NCBI RefSeq assembly: GCF_000181795.1
Contig: NW_003526943.1
Coordinates: forward strand, 1,242,487 to 1,306,486
Direction: 5' to 3'
DNA from: Trichinella spiralis
Taxonomy: Eukaryota
Length of the DNA: 64,000 bases
Part shown: positions 14,906-29,139 of the stretch, piece after piece
Layout: each line of letters begins with the position of its first letter
How positions within the stretch are numbered: position 1 is the stretch's first letter
Notes under the pieces: model-generated
Databases searched by the model: none
What the model was told of the DNA's origin: nothing
Seen by the model: the letters and a program-made list of their open reading frames with translations, nothing else
Program-made: the position numbers and the translations under genes

Positions 14906-15768
14906 TTATTTGTACAAAGTAGTTTTGTACACAATTGAAATACTTTATGAAATAAAAGTGCATATGTTTATCATCTTGTACAGTGTTTGTTTAGAACCTG
15001 AACATTTATGTTAGTATAACAAGAATTATTTCTGTCGCAAATATTTACGATATTTATTATTTCTTAATTTTAACGAAATGTAAGAATAAAAAAATAAAGA
15101 ATGCAATGTAATTTGAATTACTTTGTTAAAAAGCTAAATGTTATTAAAATCAATTTTTATTGTATTATAGGTTTTCAGCTAGTTGTTTTATTTTACTTAA
15201 TAATGAGCGACCAAAATAAAATTATAATCCATTGTATTGACTATTATTTTACATTATTCTGTAATTTACAAATTTTATATTCTCGACAGTCACAATGTAT
15301 ATATAAACAGAACATCGTACAATTCTGTTTTGTTTTTTGCCATATATTAATTTTTTTCGATATAAAATTATCAGTTCAGCAACATATTATGCTAATTCCA
15401 ATTGAAAAGTAATGGGAGCGTTTCTTTGCTACAAAATATTCATGATACGTGAATCAGTTTTTAGTTTACAGTATGATTCCTGTTATGCAAATGTTGCTTG
15501 TAAAGCAATGACTATTAACTTTTCCTTCAATCATGTTAAATATGGTTTTCTTTATTTTTAATTATAGCTTTTCTTCTGTAATATGATTCTGCACTGGATT
15601 GCCTTCTGAATAATAGTTCTATCAATTGTATTGATAATTTTCATAATAAAATTTACAATAGACTTAATGTTGTTATAAAAATTTAACTTTAGCTTTATTT
15701 TTGTTTTCTTTAGTATCGGTTTTTTTCTTAAAATAAAAAGCGACAAGAAGGAGAAAGCAAAATCTACA

Positions 15769-17486
15769 ATGATTTCGGAAGATGGTATGATTTCGATTGA
15801 TGGAGGCATTTTTGAAGGGGTTTGTATAAAATTAAAAATAAAATTAATTAATTATGCATAAACCTCAATTTTTAGGGTGGACAAATTCTTCGTATTGCTT
15901 GTGCTTACAGTGCTTTACTTAACAAGCCTATTCGAATTTTTAATATCCGTGCAGGTAGAAAGGTTCCAGGACTGAGGTGAATTTTGAAAAATTTTGGTTT
16001 GCGATATATATATATTTCATTTATTGAATAATTAAACATTTAATTGTCAATTGTAGCGCTCAGCATTTATGTGGCTTGAAAATTGCAAAAAAGTTTTGCA
16101 AAGCACGTTTGGGTGGAGCTGAAATTGGTTCGACTGAAATCACCTTTATACCTGGTAAACTAACTTCTGGTTATTATCAAGCTGATATAAAAACAGCAGG
16201 GTATGTGCATTTTGTCTTGATTTAATAATTTTGTACTGTTTGTTGTTATTTTAATGTATTATTATTTGATTTTTGTTTACTGTTATAGGAGTGTATCGCT
16301 GCTGATTCAGTTGTTATTGCCATGCTTAATATTTGGACAAAATGAGAGCAGGTTGTGCCTGAAAGGTGGAACTAATGTTCACTTTGCTCCACCAATAGAT
16401 TATTTCACGGATGTGTGATATTTTAGTTTGCATGATTAGCTAGTAGATGAAATATGATGCACAAACGATTATATTTAGGTATTTTGTCCTATTGCTGAAA
16501 AATTTGGTATCCGCACTACATGTTCCATTCCCAGAAGGTTACAGCAGTAATTTTACAAGCATTATGATTAAGATTGACTAATTTCAGGGGTTTCTTTCCT
16601 AAAGGAGGCGGAGAAGTTAATCTGTCAATATATCCTGTTCATATGTTGTGTCCAATAAATTTGTTGAATCGGGGAAATTTGTATCAAATTGATGGTAAAT
16701 CTTATGTAGCTGGTGGCATTCCGTTCTCAGTAAGTTACATTATCTATTATAATACTTCTTGATAATTTGTGAAATAATCTTTAATTTTTTATTCGACTTT
16801 ATGTTGCTATGGGAGCAGCGAGATCTTGCAATCGACAGTTAGCCGAACAGTTTACTATATTTTCTAACATTAAACCGATGAATTTGGACGATGATACGTA
16901 TAGACCATCACTTTCGCAAGGATTGGGAATCATGGCAATTGCTGAGTACACAAGCGGATGCTTGATAGCTGTTGACAGAATTGTTGAAGACGGTTTGTAG
17001 TGTTCTTTTCTTTTTTCTGAAATGAAAATTTAAAAAATATTCAAAAATATTCCATTACAAATATCAATTAAAGTAATATTTTAGAAGAGAACAGTGATGA
17101 GTTGGTAAAAATGATAAACGACGATATGAAAGCTGTGCTCGATTTGCCGACATGTGTAGATCCACATTTACAAGATCAGGTAGATCTGTCGGTTCAATTT
17201 CATTTTTTCAATTTACAAATTATTTTCTAGCTAATTATTTTAATGGCTCTTGCCAGTGGTGTTTCTAAAATTCGAACTGGTCCGTTAACTTTGCATACGA
17301 AAACTGCAATATATGTTACTCAACAAATGACCAATGTATAATACAATTTTGAAAGAAGGAGTATTTTTATCATTATATGTAAATGTTATGCAAATTGTTT
17401 AGGCTGTGATTACTGTTGAAGAGGTTGATAATGGCACGTTCATCATTACGTGTGAAGGAATCGGATTGAGAAATGATCATAGATAG
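15769..17486 (+). CDS. RTCA: RNA 3'-terminal phosphate cyclase, multi-exon
   Basis: [54 protein letters not shown], catalytic-His motif [26 protein letters not shown], and C-terminal [11 protein letters not shown] (stop 17484-17486). Confidence 0.92.
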
Positions 17487-17761
17487 ATGTATTTTTGATA
17501 AATATTGAATTTATTTGGACTGCTAAGATTTGGCAAATATTTTGAATAATATTTATTAAAAACTAATATACAGGGTAGTTATTTGTATTTGTCATTGATC
17601 AGCTGAAAAAGCGGTTGTCAATTTTATGAAATATTATTTTATAAAAATGAATCATAAAACTTTCACGAACAGTTAAGTGTAAATATAGTAAAACGTTTGA
17701 AAATGATCATGAAACGTGAAAATGTGAAGAATATTATTATATGTGAACAGTTGAATAATTA

Positions 17762-18817
17762 TTATTGAATTGATAATTTCCAATCATCAGACGGTTTGTA
17801 ACGTTCGAACAGTTCGGTCAATTTTTCCACATAAAGTGCATGCAAGTGGTTGACCATCTGCTCGTCCGGCTGGTCGCACTGTTGAACTGGGATTGGTTCA
17901 CCGACCACGGTTCGAATTGGTCTTCGATACGGATATATGCCGAAAGTATTTTCTGATAATCCTTGTCCATAGATCAACGCCGGTGGCCATCCGAAAAAGC
18001 GATACCAAGTATATTGCCACTTCCTCAACATGGACTGCTGGGATCTGCCTTCCAGCTGACTGTAGACGTCGTTTTCACCGAACGAATAAACAGGCACCAA
18101 CCAGGCGCCGCTTTGGATTGCCTGTCTGACGAATCCCTTTCTTCTGAGAAGCACAAGTTGATTTCTCCCAGGCACCGCGTCCAAGGATTCCAAACTGCCA
18201 CCGACGATGATTGCCACAACTTGGCCTTTTTCCTCTTTGTTCAGCATCCAAGAGATGGAACTTTGGCTCGCATCTATCATGCCGGCAAGCAGTAGCAGTT
18301 CACGTCTGATTGGAAACCAAAATTGACCAGCCAAAATGCACAGACGTGGTATTTTCAAATTTGGGAACAATCTACTGAAATTTGTAGCCTCGGTGCAGAA
18401 ATTGCAAAACGCCGAAAACGCCATCACGCCGTGCGGATGCACACCGAAGATGTAATTCTGATCAGGATCCAAGTCGGCTGTTTTGATCAAAGTGATTGGA
18501 AAATAGTCACGAAAATAGTTCCATATTTTCCACTTGCGGATGAAATGTGTCGGTCTAGATCCACGCTTTGAAGTGGGATAATCGAAAACCATCCAAATTG
18601 TGTACAACGCAATTAGCCACCAATAGCGAGTGAAGAAAACAACATATATGATGAAGCAGCAAACAAAATAAGGACAAAGGAATAATGCCACGTAGAATGA
18701 AAGGAGCAAAATTTCCATTGTCCAATTTGCCAGTGAATTGGCCGAGCCAGCTTTTGAAACACCTTCCACCATCGTTGAACCACCTATATCTGCTGATTGA
18801 CTGAATAACCAGCTCAT
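17762..18817 (-). CDS. DGAT2/MOGAT-family acylglycerol O-acyltransferase, single uninterrupted ORF
   Basis: 351-aa ORF with an N-terminal hydrophobic segment, YFRDYFPITL, HPHG active-site motif, VGGSLESL, RKGFVRQA, LVPVYSFGEND and VVGEPI. Confidence 0.93.
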   Translation of the reverse strand: MSWLFSQSADIGGSTMVEGVSKAGSANSLANWTMEILLLSFYVALFLCPYFVCCFIIYVVFFTRYWWLIALYTIWMVFDYPTSKRGSRPTHFIRKWKIWNYFRDYFPITLIKTADLDPDQNYIFGVHPHGVMAFSAFCNFCTEATNFSRLFPNLKIPRLCILAGQFWFPIRRELLLLAGMIDASQSSISWMLNKEEKGQVVAIIVGGSLESLDAVPGRNQLVLLRRKGFVRQAIQSGAWLVPVYSFGENDVYSQLEGRSQQSMLRKWQYTWYRFFGWPPALIYGQGLSENTFGIYPYRRPIRTVVGEPIPVQQCDQPDEQMVNHLHALYVEKLTELFERYKPSDDWKLSIQ

Positions 18818-21800
18818 CGACTTTGATTAAAAAGCGAATAATCTTCATTTGTTAAACTTTAAAATGACACGTTTAAAATGGGAAATTTTAAACAGACGAT
18901 TGTTTAAATTTTAAAATTTTAAACGCACGTCCATTGCCAATTATAACGCACTTTGCTGTTGTTGTTGGCGATAATTGTTAAAGTGTGTATCACGACGGCA
19001 TTTTTTCACTTACACTGGGGAGGCTTTGATTTGTTGACCAAAAGTTCAAAATGAAAAGCATTCTATTCGATTTTATCATCGTCAAAGCTGATGATATGTG
19101 CATTTTTGTTGTTTTATCGCCATTTGTTTCAACAATTTGACGAATTGCCTTCACAATTGACAATTTGATCATTTGAACAGATACACATAATGTTCGTTGC
19201 AAATATTTTCACCCATTCAATAATCATTAATTAAATTTCATAGTTCGCTTAAACTGAATAATTTTCTCTGATAATTATGAAATTTTTATACTGCTTTATT
19301 TTCTTCTTTATTTCGTAAATTACACTAGTTAATTTATTTTAAAAAAATTACATAATAAGAAAAGTATTAGAAATAATTGATTGGTGTTGAATATTTTTTT
19401 AATGAAAATATTGGACAATTTGCATTCTTATTATTTCATTTATACAATTTTAATTCGTATTATGTCACATGATTGACGTTAACGATTCAGTTGAAGCAGA
19501 CTGATCTTAAGGAAAAATATTGATTTTTCACAAAAGATCAGAAAAAGAGAATGCAAATTAAAAAAGGTGCAATAATGATTTATTATTGAAATTTAAACAT
19601 CAACTGCTGCTTTAGTTATTTGTGTTTCTTTATTAAAAAATTTTATGCAGTACTTTGTTACAATTACAAATAAATTTCAAATTTAACAAACATCTTTTCA
19701 TGTGTGAGTAAAAATTTGTTCAACTGGATACATACATTCAACAATTGTAATTGCAAAAGGTTTTTATTTACAAATTACAAAAGGTCGAAAAAAATGTTCA
19801 TTTCAGAAATAAACAACAGTACTTGATTTATATATTATACTGTATAGAGATAATGAATAATTTTATGTGCTCGAGGAAAAAATATTGTGAAAATTGAACA
19901 ATATTAAAAAGCAGAATTTTACACGTGAAAGTGTAAAACAAATAATAATAATAATTATTATTATTGTGTTATTTTTATAAGAAAAGTTTTCTCATAAACA
20001 AAATTTATGAATGCGATGAGACAAAAATTGCGCAACAGTTTTTTTAACAATTTGTCCAATTAATAACAATAACAATTTGAATAAGTTCATCTCGAAGTTT
20101 CAATTTAAAAAGAAGAAAGATAAGAAACTGTTCGACAGTTAAGCACAGGAAACAACAACAACAGTCTCCAATGGGACGGGAAGAATTTTAATACATGTAT
20201 TCCAGGGGCAGGTTGTACGGATGATCAAGTTTGTTTCATAAGTTTTATTACTTATTTGAAATTTTGTTCAGATTTCGACTGAAAGCAATTTAAAGTTAGC
20301 AACAGAATTATTGTTGTTTTGCTGCTAACTGCAACATGCAAACTGCTACAGCTGGTCGGTCAATTGTTCAATTTCACATCTATCAAATGTTTCAATTGGG
20401 CACTAAACGTCATTTTCACTGCTTTGAATGCACTTGTTATTTTGTTCAAAAAAACAAAAACACGATAGTATCTAATATGATAGGTTTATGATGATTACGC
20501 TTTGTTGGACAAAAAGCCGAAAACAGAGTAAACAGTTAGAGCAGATGGATGATTATGGAGTAAATAATTCTGGTACGTAAAGATAACCAAGTATAATGTG
20601 ATGATATTCACAGTGCGTAGTACAGTATGCTGAAAAATGAAAACATTTTTTCTGCTTCAGTATTAAAGTGGTTGCAAAAAAACATAAAATTGTCAATTTA
20701 TTAATTTTTCCATAGTCAGAATAAATTTAAATAAAATTAACAGTTTAGATTTTCATTAAGAAGAAAAACAAAGTAAGTTTATTTTTGTATTTTTCCATTG
20801 TTCCATAAAATAAACAGCTGAATAAAATAGAATGCAGGTTTTATTTTTACAAATCACTCAATCCACGACAGGCGTTGATATTAATTGGAATACACAAAGT
20901 TAGATAAGATCATTTGCCTGAAGTGAATATATAAACTTCTCTTCAGCAATACGAGCGAGAACAAATGGATTTGATATGCTTTATTTCTTTACTTTTTTTG
21001 AAATTCCATTTGAACAAACAAACAAACCAGATCCGCATTTATTAATTATTAGTAAGTTTTTTTAAATTATTGTACAACTGATGACGACGACATGAACAGG
21101 AAGATTTTAGGTAGTTTGCCTGTCTGTCGTTTGAAGTTTCGACGTCTGTTAGAAAGGAAGAAGAATAACACAGCAATTTTTGTTTTGTTGTTTTGTTTAT
21201 TTTAATTTTATTGTAATCACAACAAGAAAAAAACAAACAAACAAACAACAGAGATCGTTATCGTCACAGTTGACGTTTTGCAAACAAATTCGATTAACCG
21301 GTTGGTTGAATTTGACGATGATTAATTAGCATGATCAAAAAGAAAAAAGAAACACAACAGAAGGCGAAAACCACAAAATGTGTTCGACGCGTAACGTTCA
21401 AATCATGAACAATAAATCTGAAGGAAATACAACAAAATAAACAAACAAATAAACAAATAGAGAGATTTATAATATTTGAAATTGAAAGAAAAACAAAATA
21501 CACGTCATGATCTGATCTGATCCAAGATATGCATCTTTTGTTGGAACAGTTAACTGAACAAAATATATACGAACATGTCAAAAGAAAAGCAATGTTGTGT
21601 GGCAGGATAATATGATAATAAACAGATAAACAACAACAACAACAAAAATAGCTCAGATACTTACCTGAAAATGAGATTTTTTCAAAAATTCCTTTCTGTT
21701 TATCACTTTCACAGGATGATAATTTTTGATAAAAATTTAAATTCAACATCTCCAATTTCCATTCAATTCGCATTCATCCCAATGATACTTGGTGCAATGT

Positions 21801-21923
21801 GATGACGCTAGTGCTGCTTGCTTGCTGTCGTCCATCGTTGATCAGCTATAGCTATTTTTTCTTGTTGTTTGCTGCTTTGCTTTGCTTGCTTGCTTGCTTG
21901 CTGTTGCTGTTGCTGTTGCTGCT

Positions 21924-22001
21924 GCTCTGTTGCGGCAGTGCAATCAGCCGTTGTACTTGAATAGCTAACAACCAGCTAATTACACTGCCAAACAGAAGAG
22001 C
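21924..22001 (-). ncRNA. mir-34: mir-34 precursor hairpin; mature 5p UGGCAGUGUAAUUAGCUGGUUGU at 21990-21968
   Basis: The minus strand carries the miR-34 seed (GGCAGUG) and the conserved 3' end (UUAGCUGGUUGU). The opposite arm ACAACGGCUGAUUGCACUGCCG pairs with it almost fully across a 13-nt loop, and the basal stem extends further (cucuucuguu/caacagag). Confidence 0.93.
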
Positions 22002-25000
22002 GTATAAGGGAAAAAGAGCAAAAAAATTAATAGACAAAAAAAACCTGTCATCCATCATCATTGTCAAAATTAATTTTAAAATAAACTTCAAATACCAAAT
22101 TCATGCAACTCATCGCAAAACTTGTGGGTGGTGTTCGATCATTTCTAAATTTTGCATATGATTTGCATTTGCATCATTTTATGCATCATCATTGTACACA
22201 AACAACGTCATCAAATCTTCATGATCATGATCATCATCATCATAATCGATGGTAATAGATAGTCAAGAGATACAACAGACGATTAGCTAATGTTTTATAG
22301 CTTATTGCTGTTGCTGTTCTTGTGGATGGTGGTGCCGTTAAAAACTGCTGCCCAGCTGTTGGCAGGGGCTTCAGAATTATTCCATTAAAAAACCTGTTCA
22401 CAAAGATATCAAATAGCACCAATTAGTGTGAAGTGATTGGTCGTTACGTGTCACGTGAATCTCTTAATTGCAATGGTCAAACGAACACAACGAAAATACA
22501 TATACACACACAGATATATATACATATCTACAAACCCAATCTTTCGTTTGCTGTTGCTGCTAAAAATAATAATTTTAATTTTTATCACTTTTCAAAAAAA
22601 ATCTTTTAATGGTGTATCAAAGAATAATTGTCGTTTTCAATTCTGTTGTACTTCTATAGACGTAGTCACTTGTAGACCTGCTTCTTCCCAACACATCTAT
22701 AAAATTTACATATACATATAAACATGTATATTGGTTTGTACGTTTATCTCCGTCTGTCTGAATGCTAATTATAAATTTTTTATTTCTCATTTCAAACCAC
22801 TAGATTTGCTATTTTTGGAAAATGGCATTTGTGTATTAGAACAGAATTTAAAGAAAAATTAATAATAAAGCGAAAATTATGAAATCGTATTTTTTGCAAA
22901 GGAAAAAACAATTTTGCAAATTCAAATTTTTAGACACTTTCCACCGAACCTCTTATTTACCCTATAGCGTTTCGTTGCGTTCAAAATCAGTCTGCCTGTC
23001 TTTTTCATAACGACCGTCATTTGTGAATCAATCGCCAATGCATTACAACAACTGCAACGCAACGAAATCATCAAAGCGTCACCAGCGACGGAAACTTGCT
23101 GCTGCTCTGCTCCCTCATTATATTAATAGTACATTTTGTTTGATTTTCAGGTTTTCTCTATGCAAATGATAAATGAATTTTTATTAAGCATTCATGTATG
23201 TAATTTAATTGAATATTTCTTTGTTTCATTGAGCAACTTTTTCTTCAAACTAAACGCATCTATCCAATCATGTACATCCTTTTTAAAGTTAATGTAACAA
23301 GTACAGTAAATAGTGACAAGTTTCTTCTTTGATGAACAAATTTTATAAATTTCTAACTTTGCATTATCAATTCTCAAAAACGACTCACAGTTAATTATTT
23401 TTAAAACTAATTTTATTCAACAACAACATTTTTCAACGGTTTCTTATGATCAAACTTAATTTACCAATCATCGTTACTTGTACAGTGTTTTTTCTTCAAA
23501 GAAAACTGCGTTAATTTTAAAAACACACTAAATTCCAGGTAAAAATTTAATTCTATTTTAAAAAAGATAATAATGAAAGGTAAATTACATAACCAAACCA
23601 CAGTTATAGCAACAATGTGGCTACAATATATCATAAACTTTTTTCTGCAAATAAATACATTCACATATTATGACATACTAATGACAATCTTGACTAGTAT
23701 TTCAAATGTCATAAATAAATATGCTTTTCAGGTAAAACATATATATAGCTTCGGAACATATACGACATGACATGACATGACATTTATCATCAGCATGCTA
23801 TACAAGCGAGGATAAAACAACATTTACATTTTCATTCTGCACATCTTACGAGTGACGTATAAAAACAAATTTATTATATTATTATATTATTGATCAGCCT
23901 ATTTTTATGGATTTCTTCATTTTCACATCTTTACATGCAAAGAGAGACTATGAAAAATTTTGATTCACATTAAAAAAAAACATTATTTAATATTACAATT
24001 TAAATAACCACAATTTCATAGACGAGTTATTTAGAACAACTGAATTAACTACGTGTATAATTAATAATTATAATAATTTTAAAAGTTTAGCTTTAATTAA
24101 ACTCATTGATTACAAAATTACTAAAAATAAAATGGCTAAATTAAGTATCAATAATTTTCACTAATCATGCTACAATGACTTTAAAAAGTCGATGCTTTTT
24201 TTGAAAAAAAATTATGAATTAACAAGTGAATATTCCTTTATGCCACATATACATGAATAGATAGAATGTTCAAATGTTTATATTCAAAGGATAAAGCAAG
24301 GAATATATTTTATTCAACGTCCATAAGCAGTAGACAGTGATCGTAATTTAATCAACGCAAGAAAACTTTTCAACTGAATTTCGACTCAGATTTTAAACTT
24401 TTTTCAATGTTATTATATTAATTTGATAATAATACTTCAAGTTATTGAAGTAAAGCGTTTGGAGCTCTGTGCATTCTATTGATTGAAAAACTAGGCAGAC
24501 GCTATTGTGTGAAACATTAAAAATCTGTTTGCGATTCATGATTGCATAGTTCAGCTCTCTAACCATTAAAAAAAGTTTCATCTTTATTCTCGTTAAAAAA
24601 TCAATAAAAAATTTAAAATACGCATATAAAAATAAATAGAAATTTACCAAGAATTCTTAAATATTTAATTTTATGACCATCATTCGGAGAATTTTTTGCA
24701 CATTCATCTAATATTATAAAATCCAGTAAATAAAGTTGCATAATATTAATTAGAAAAATTTATGCTGAATATGAATGAATAAATAAATAATTTACTTACA
24801 TACATATTTGCATCGCTTTTCTAAAATTATTCAATAATTTATTAACACTATCGTTGTTGTTGTTTCAGCTTCAAAGTATTTGAAATAAAAAAACTGACAA
24901 AAACAACAACAACCATCTTTTGAAAGTCATCAGTTAATAATTCATTATAAGTTACATAAATCTATGCAAACTGCGAATTGGATGCAAATAAATAAATCAA

Positions 25001-28000
25001 AGCAATTTCTCAAAAAAAACATTCTTATGGAGATTAGAATTTAAATTTGATCTGTTAATCTACTTTAACAAATAATACATGTAAAATCTGTCTAGGTAGA
25101 AAATTTATAGTGTAGTGTATGGAAATGAAAATCTTCTTTATAACATTTATACATCAGTGAAGATGTTGAATTAATTTTCTAGTTTCTAGTATACTGTACT
25201 TCTTTTAAAATAACATATTGCAAAAATTGATTGATTTTAAATGCATATATTAAAGAAACATTCACTGTCATTTTCAACTGACATGCATAGCATAGCATGT
25301 TTAAAAATCAACATTTCATACTTTGATATTAGAAGTAGTGTTATAATTCTTGCAGAAAAATTATTATCAAAAATAAATAGCCGCTATTTTTTAAAATCGT
25401 ATTTCAACGGCTGACAATTTTGGTACAATTTTTAAGTTCAATAAATTACAATAAATGAAAACCATTTTTTAATTGTTTGGTTTGGACCACCAGCTTAACA
25501 AAAAAACTATCACTTCTTATCCATCAAACTTTATATACACGAAATTTGTACACTTGAAAAACTATTGATTATTGATTCCTTGTTTAATGTTTATTTTTAA
25601 TATTAAACTTCAATTAAATAATACTAATGCACTTATAGTGCATTTTTCTTATTTTACTCTTAAAATAATCCTTAAATAAGATAACGCTTGAAATTCTTAT
25701 TATATAAATGGTAAAATCATTATCGCACATGTAGCATATTTTATAAATGTCTGCGATATAGCAAAAGCTAAAAGGATTTTTTTATTACAATAAAATAATT
25801 TATTTCAAATGTTTTACTTACTACAGCTAGTGCAAAACTTTTATAGAATCTCAGCCTTATTCACAATCAACACGTAAGATCAATTAGAAGACACTCAGCT
25901 AGCCATGCATTGCTTAAGCTGCTAGTAATGAATCAAAAATACAAGTTCAACTGCTTACTGATACACTGAAAATAACTGCTTTCAGTAATAATAATCTCTA
26001 ATATATTAAACATTATTTAAAAAATAAACATTTTAAAAATATTTTTGAAAAGCTTATGATGCAACAAAATCTGTTAGCACATGATACTGCGAGTAAAAAT
26101 TAAAAATTTCCAAAAATAATTTTTTCATAACAAAATTGATTGGTTGATAGAAGCTTATGTTGAGCCTCGTTGCAATCGATCGTGCTGGTGTCATTTTCAA
26201 GCTGAGTTTACAAAAAAAATATTTCATGCTAAGTAGAATGTAAATTTAAAAATGTTTGCCTAATGAAGCTGAAATTATTGAATATGAACTGCACAACAAT
26301 TATGAACAGTATCATATGAAAAGGTGCATATTTTCAAAAATGTGGTTTTGTTGGAAACACTTTCTTCATATGTGGTTTAAAAAGAGATTAAAAAAGCTGA
26401 GTTTGAAATGCTCTCGGTAGTTGAAAACCTGCTTCCAACAGTCAACCAGTTTTATAATAAAAAGTTACTCTGCAAAGTTAAACTTGTTCATCAAGATGAA
26501 TTCACCATAAAAATAATATTAAAGCTATTTGAAAAAAATATAACCTAATATGCAGTAAACAGTAAGATAAAATAAATTGTAATGCCACGAAGAATCTCAA
26601 CTGAATTATATTAACAAATTAATGCATTTATTGCTTGCATGTTTTAAGTTATCCTGAGAAAATAATTTCAAAAATGACAATTCCATTCTAAACCAACCCC
26701 TCTGAAAAACAAAAATACACAGTTTTTCACGAACGCAGCTACACATACAAACACACGAAAAGCTGCATTGATTTCTCATAACCAAAATTTGCAGTTCACT
26801 TTTAGACTTCTAATCAATAAAAGAATAGCTGTTGCCAAACAAATAAGACAATTCTAAAAATTCTGAACTTGAAAGTTTCTACTGATGCTAATATTATCAT
26901 GCGATAAAAAATGCCTGAGATAAAATAATTATTGCATTTTTGCATTAGTAAAAAAATGTAGCCAACAGGAATTGAATAAACATTATCATCGTGTATAAAC
27001 GACTAGCTGCAGCAGTGCTGAAGAAGTGTTTCATTCATTCATTTAATGTTGGAAATTAAATAATGCTTACAGTAAGTAGTCAATGTTTCACTTTTCATAA
27101 ACATGATTTAAAATGCAATATGTCATTTTACGTGGGCAAAATTTTCATGCTGATGCTACTCAAAAATGTGAACAGCTGTGATTTCAAGTGAAATTCATAC
27201 TGTAAATTGAAAAATTCAACGCACAATCACGCTTGCATCTTCTATCAATTTACCTCAGTAATTTATCTGAAATTCAATTTTTCAATTTACAAAGTTTTGT
27301 TCAGTAAATTTCCAGCATCAAAAAAATGTTTTTTTCCCATAACTTACGTATAGTTACATGGAACCCAAACAGACAATGAATTCATAAACTATTTTTAGTA
27401 TTTTGTAAAATATTCTGGTAAAAAATCAAAATTATACTATTTCATATCAAATTCAAAAATATGCAATTAAAAAAGTTACACGAAAAACTATCTTTCAAAT
27501 TCCACTCATATTTATTAAAGAAGAAACTAAAAAATAAATGCATTACAACCTTAAATGTCTTACGATTGAAAATTAATTCAAATATCCCAAGCATCTGCAA
27601 TGAATATTGAATTCATGGATTGAAATACATTTACGAAGAATATATAAATTAATTCCTAAAAGTAAAGTTTCACTGAAACAGTATCTTTTAATGTAAATTT
27701 CAGAATAGTTTATAGAATTATACATATACATATATATACTACAGACTGATTATAAATTGGACGCTATATTATTTTTTTAAAAATCAAAAATATAAAAAAT
27801 ACAAGTTATATGTGTAATACTTTTGTACAAGCTGAGCATGCTTAATGCTAATTCTGTAATAATAATATTATTATTACAAAGGAGTGATTACTTCTGCTTA
27901 CTGAAAAATGATTTATCTACATGATTTATAAAGAAAGTTTTATTAGTACATGCTAATTTATTCTCATAAAATGTTTCTTATTTCATAGTTTTTAAACAAT

Positions 28001-29139
28001 GCTCTGAAATATGCATGCAAACCTAATCTCCAATTGAAGCATTTCCAGAGCATGTTTGCTTGCATCGTGCCTAAAATTTCACTTTTAAATTTTGAAACAA
28101 AATATATCAAATTAACATTATTCAAACAGTGAGTATGCTTCAAATTTCATTTCTTACTGATGTTCATAAACTCTTTACTAATAAACTTAAACTACCATAA
28201 ATATGTTGAAGCCTTTCATAACAACTTTAAAATAAAGTAATTTAAGTTTTTTGCATGCTTACAAATGCTTCATTGACACAAATAATACACTTTCACAATA
28301 CAAAACATTAGTATTTAAATGCAATGTCATGGTTGCAAATGCATTAATCTGATTATTGTATTAGCAGTTATGATCTTACCTCAGGATGCGGTAGTAAACT
28401 TTCACTAAAAAGAAAATATATGAACTGATAAAAATTAGAATTTGTATTCAATAAAGGTCTTAAAAAATTACAGCTTTATTTCAAAATCCAAAACATGAAT
28501 TCCTACTCTTACTTCAATAAATTGTATGTTGCCAGGGATTTGCAATAAGTGAAAAAAAGCAACTTAAAAGCCATTAACTACTACTGCAAATTAGGCATTT
28601 GAAAAATAAGAGAAAACATCAGAGTTGATTTATTTTTAAACATATTTCAAAATGCACACAGGAGTGCTTTGCTTTGTGAGTAATGTAACAAAGCATTCTT
28701 AGATCAACGTAACAAATTGATCCACTGTTTTGACAAACTACAGTATGACATGGTGTACGTATTTTTAGATTGACATAACATAACTGAAAAGAGTAATTTT
28801 TCATAAGTATTTCAAGAAATGCATTTTCCACTTGATGAGATGGGAAACTTACTGAACTTCATAAATACTTTATTAAATTTTACACCAACTGTAAAGAAAA
28901 CTGCTGTAATTATAATCTTTACAAATGCAAGCATCTGTTGGTAATTAATTGCAAAAATAATAAAATTTAACATTCACATTTACGTTCAGTTAGATGAAAA
29001 TGTTTAAAACATGTTATGTTTATATTGTGTTCTCACCAACGTGCATTATTACATTTTTTTTATAAAAAAACAATTTATTACATTATTTTGTAAATGCAGC
29101 ATTGAGCCGTTTGTGATAGTTAAATTTCATTAATCTTAC

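Noticed and set aside
17893..18571. Antisense ORFs overlapping the DGAT2 gene
   Set aside because: Shadow ORFs caused by the higher GC of the real gene; no recognisable features.
21020..21041. miR-277-like sequence on the minus strand (UAAAUGCGGAUCUGG...)
   Set aside because: There is no complementary arm at pre-miRNA distance, and it lies downstream rather than upstream of mir-34.
27830..28040. p53 response elements upstream of mir-34 (GAGCATGCTT, GAGCATGTTT)
   Set aside because: Only isolated half-sites about 190 bp apart, which is expected by chance.
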